Positions 60,346 through 64,000 of a stretch of 64,000 nucleotides of DNA are shown here, piece after piece. Position numbers and translations under genes: made by a program. The stretch spans positions 448,001 through 512,000 of the forward strand of contig CAWCPV010000003.1 of NCBI GenBank assembly GCA_963797555.1. Direction: 5' to 3'. Source of the DNA: an uncultured Gammaproteobacteria bacterium (GTDB lineage Bacteria; Pseudomonadota; Gammaproteobacteria; CAWCPV01). The first letter of the stretch is position 1. Each line of letters starts with the position of its first letter. The notes beneath the pieces were generated by a model. The model saw only the letters and a program-made list of their open reading frames with translations, was not told the DNA's origin and ran no database searches.

Positions 60346-60864
60346 ATGACAGCCAAGTGGGCCGGCTGCGTGCTGTTGGCGCTCGCCGCGTTTGGGTCGG
60401 TCGACTCATCTTGGGCAGGCGCCAGACGGGTCGAGCCGCCGTACCGGCCGCCGCGTGCGGTGTTCGATTTCTATTTCGACGAGCCGGACAAGGTCAACGC
60501 TGCGCTGTATTGGGTCAGGGCGCTCATGAATCCGTTAATGCAGGCGCCCTACGACATGGCGCCCGAGCTGATGAGCATCAAAGTGGTGATCCACGGCACC
60601 GAGATCGTCACTGTCGCCAAGAAGAACTACGAGCGTTATCGCGACGCCGTCGACCGTATGCGCTACTATGCAAGCCTGGGTGTGGAATTCAAGGTCTGCG
60701 GCCTGGCAGCCGAGGATTACGGGTACCGTCTTGAGGACTTCCAGGATTTCGTGGAGGTCGTTCCCTCCGCCATCACCGAGCTAGCTTACTGGGAGCAACA
60801 GGGGTATGCCCTCATCGCACCCCACATCATGGACAGGCGGGACAGCATCGAGCAGATACGCTGA
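60346..60864 (+). CDS. DsrE family protein with signal peptide
   Basis: IKVVIHGTEI, GVEFKVCGLAA and VVPSAITELAYWEQQGY. Confidence 0.85.
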   Translation: MTAKWAGCVLLALAAFGSVDSSWAGARRVEPPYRPPRAVFDFYFDEPDKVNAALYWVRALMNPLMQAPYDMAPELMSIKVVIHGTEIVTVAKKNYERYRDAVDRMRYYASLGVEFKVCGLAAEDYGYRLEDFQDFVEVVPSAITELAYWEQQGYALIAPHIMDRRDSIEQIR

Positions 60865-61001
60865 GTTGTGAATAGATCCGCTGCCGTCCCCAGAGCGGCG
60901 TTGCGCGGTCCTCGCTGCTTGCCCATGTGCTCGGCGTGTCTCGTACCCGCGCTCCCAGCGCCCCGCTCGCGGGCCGCTCGGGACGGTTTCTGCACAAGCT
61001 C
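60863..61001. repeat. Degenerate MITE-like element
   Basis: GAGTTGTGAATAGATCCGCTG...GCGGCGTTGCGCGG...GGACGGTTTCTGCACAAGCTC followed by TGA. Confidence 0.6.
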
Positions 61002-61048
61002 TGATACCCCGACCTCACCTATTTTGTAGCCGCTCGCCGTCGGTCCGC

Positions 61049-64000
61049 GTGAACGCGAAGTCCCCGCATTCCATTCTCGAGCCGCTGCTGGCCAGCGGTC
61101 CGCGTGACAAGGTACGCTGGGGCGGGCTTCAGGGCAGCGGCCTGGGGCTTGCCATCGCCGAGACCTCCCGCAGGCATGCGGGGCTTGTTCTCGTCATCGT
61201 TCCCGATGTCGCCACCGCCCACCGCCTGGAGCAGGAGTTACGTTTCTATCGTGGGGAAGACGAACGCTGTCTGCTACTGGGGCTTCCAGACCGGGAGACG
61301 CTGCCATACGACCTGTTCTCGCCGCACCAAGACATCGTTTCCCAAAGACTCGAGACCCTCTATCGGCTTCCCAGTCTGAGCGCCGGAATTCTCGTCGTAG
61401 CGGCTCCTACCGCGATGCACCGGCTCCCCCCGCGGATTCATTTGGAGTCCCGCGCGCTGCTGGTGTCCAGGGGTCAGCGGCTGCCTCTGGAGTCGTTGCG
61501 CGAACGCCTCCAGGTCGCCGGCTATCAATGCGTCGGGCAGGTCATGGAACGCGGAGAATTTGCCGTGCGCGGCGGACTGCTGGACCTTTTCCCCACAGGC
61601 AGCGGAGTGCCCTATCGCATCGAGCTATTCGACGACGAGGTGGAGAGCATTCGGATGTTCGACCCGGAGACTCAGCGCTCCACGGCACGCATGGATCAGA
61701 TCCGGCTGCTACCGGCGCGGGAGTTCCCGCTGGATGAGGAAGGCGTCACCCGGTTTCGGCAAGGCTGGCGCAGCACCTTCGAAGGAGACCCGCAGGCCAG
61801 CCCAGTCTATCGGGATGTCAGCCAAGGCTTCGCCCCGGCTGGCATCGAGTATTACCTGCCGTTGTTCTTCGAGCAGACTGCAACGCTGTTCGACTATCTG
61901 CCAGGCAGTACTCTGTGCGTGATTCTGGAAGACGTTGAGCGGGCGGCGGAGCGTTTCTGGCAGGACACCAAGCTGCGTTTCGAGCAACGCTGCCACGACC
62001 GGCAGCGACCCGTCCTCGCCCCCAGACAGCTATTCTTACAAACTCCAGAGCTCTTTGCGTCCCTGTCCGGTCTGCCGGCGGTGTACGTGAACGCGGGCCT
62101 GACGGAGCCTCGACAGGGTGCGCTCAACTTCGCTAGCGCCGCTCCCCCGACTCTCCGGGTCAGCGCCCGCAGCCATCACCCCCTAACCGCTTTGGAGGAA
62201 TTCCTGGAGACGTTCCCGGGCCGGGTGCTGTTCGTAGCCGACAGCGTCGGGCGCCGCGAGGTGGTGCTCGAACTGTTGCGTGATCAGAACATCGAGCCGC
62301 TGCCGGTGGACGGGTGGGGCTCCTTCTCGCAGTCTGACATCCGCCTCGGCATAACGGTCGCGGCGCTCGACCAGGGGCTGCTGCTGGCGGAGCCCCCGGT
62401 CGCTGTCGTCACCGAGGAACAACTGTTCGGCGATCGGGCGGCGCAGCCGCGCTCCAGGGAGCGGCCGGTCCGCGATCCGGAGTTGCTGGTGCGCGACCTT
62501 GCGGAGCTCGCGCCCGGGGCGCTGGTGGTCCATGAGGAGCACGGCATCGGTCGCTACCAAGGGCTCCAAAACCTAAACGTGGACGGAGTCGAGTCCGAGT
62601 TCCTGCTGTTGGAGTATGCCGGCGGCGATAAGCTCTACGTGCCGGTCGGCTCACTGCACGCCATTCGACGCTACACCGCCAGCGCCCCCGAGCAGGCAGT
62701 GCTGCACAAACTCGGCTCCGGCCAGTGGGAGCGGGCAAAGCGCAAGGCCGCGGAGCAGGTGCGCGACGTCGCGGCCGAGCTGCTGGAACGTCTATGCGCG
62801 GCGCGCGGCGCGCCGAGGGCATCGGTTCGGCATGGACACGGAAGCTTACCGGGCCTTCGCCGCCGCGTTCCCCTTCGAGGAGACGCCGGACCAGGAGGAA
62901 GCCATACGCAGCGCGCTCGCGGACATGCAGGCGGACACACCGACCGACCGGCTGGTATGCGGCGACGTGGGCTTCGGCAAGACCGAGGTCGCCCAGCGGG
63001 CCGCCTTCGTCGCCGTCCAGGACGGCAGACAGGTAGCGGTCCTGGTGCCGACGACACTGCTTGCACAGCAGCACTACCAGACCTTCCTCGACCGCTTCGC
63101 GGACTGGCCGGTCAAAGTCGAGAGCCTGTCGCGCTTCCGGTCACGCAAACAGCAGCAGGAGGTCTTGGAGGGCTTGGCCGAAGGGCGAGTGGATATCGTG
63201 ATCGGCACCCATCGTCTGCTGTCCCCGGATGTGCACTTCAAGCATCTCGGATTGGTGGTGGTGGACGAGGAGCACCGTTTTGGGGTACGCGACAAGGAAC
63301 GCCTGAAGGCGCTGCGCGCCGAGGTGGACTTGCTGACCCTCACCGCGACGCCCATCCCGCGCACCTTGAACATGGCTCTCTCCGGGCTGCGCGAGATCTC
63401 CGTCATCGCGACCCCGCCGGCGCGACGGCTGGCCATCAAGACGTTTGTCCGCGAGTGGGACGGGCCGCTCATCCGAGAGGCGGTGATGCGCGAGCTGATG
63501 CGGGGCGGTCAGGTGTACTTCCTGCACAACGAGGTGGAGTCCATCGAGCGCGCTGCCCGAGATCTACGGGGCCTGGTCCCCGAGGTCAGCCTCCAGATCG
63601 CCCACGGCCAGATGCGGGAGCGGGAGCTGGAACGCGTCATGCTGGACTTCCACCACCAGCGTTTCAATGTGTTGGTATGTACCACCATCATCGAGTCGGG
63701 GATTGATGTTCCGAGCGCAAATACCATCATCATCGAGCGCGCCGACCGCTTCGGTCTGGCACAGCTACACCAGTTGCGCGGCCGCGTGGGTCGCTCGCAT
63801 CATCAGGCCTACGCTTATCTCATCGCTCCGCCACGGGGCGCCCTCACGGCGGATGCGGCGAAGCGCTTGGAGGCCATCGAGTCGCTGGAGGAGCTGGGGA
63901 GCGGGTTCGTGCTCGCCACTCACGACCTGGAGATCCGCGGAGCAGGCGAGCTGTTGGGGGAGGAGCAAAGCGGCCACATCCAGAACATCGGGTTCTCGCT
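61049..64000 (+). CDS. mfd: Transcription-repair coupling factor (frameshift near 62790; runs off the window end)
   Basis: [36 protein letters not shown], then [30 protein letters not shown] and QLRGRVGRS. Confidence 0.95.

Overview
GC-rich chromosomal window that looks gammaproteobacterial, possibly from a sulfur-metabolising organism. The backbone is housekeeping: fadE, a cobalamin riboswitch with btuB and a PduO-type adenosyltransferase, rpe-gph-trpE, gltBD, nudF, htpG, fabI, the conserved tRNA-Leu/tig/clpP/clpX/lon/hupB/tRNA-Val/tRNA-Asp/ppiD block, a DAHP synthase and mfd. An ~18 kb defence island (~17.1-35.3 kb) holds a complete type III BREX gene order (brxF-brxC-pglXI-brxHII-pglZ-brxA). 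Nested in it are a GmrSD-like (DUF262) nuclease, an uncharacterised DUF1828-type gene pair, an RHH-PIN toxin-antitoxin pair and a DUF433 gene with a truncated PIN partner. The most striking observation is inside the PglXI methyltransferase: a complete REP-associated HUH tyrosine transposase (RAYT-like) domain sits in its reading frame, bracketed by GTGG-palindrome REP elements, with a further solitary REP translated elsewhere in the same gene. A second, unrelated 72-bp multi-hairpin element sits in frame at the start of brxC, and a third palindrome type splits the TA pair. The window also has an ISL3 element with IRs and an 8-bp target duplication, and a dispersed MITE-like family. Many single-base frameshifts, including in lon, gph and mfd, suggest long-read indel errors, so split ORFs are treated as single genes.
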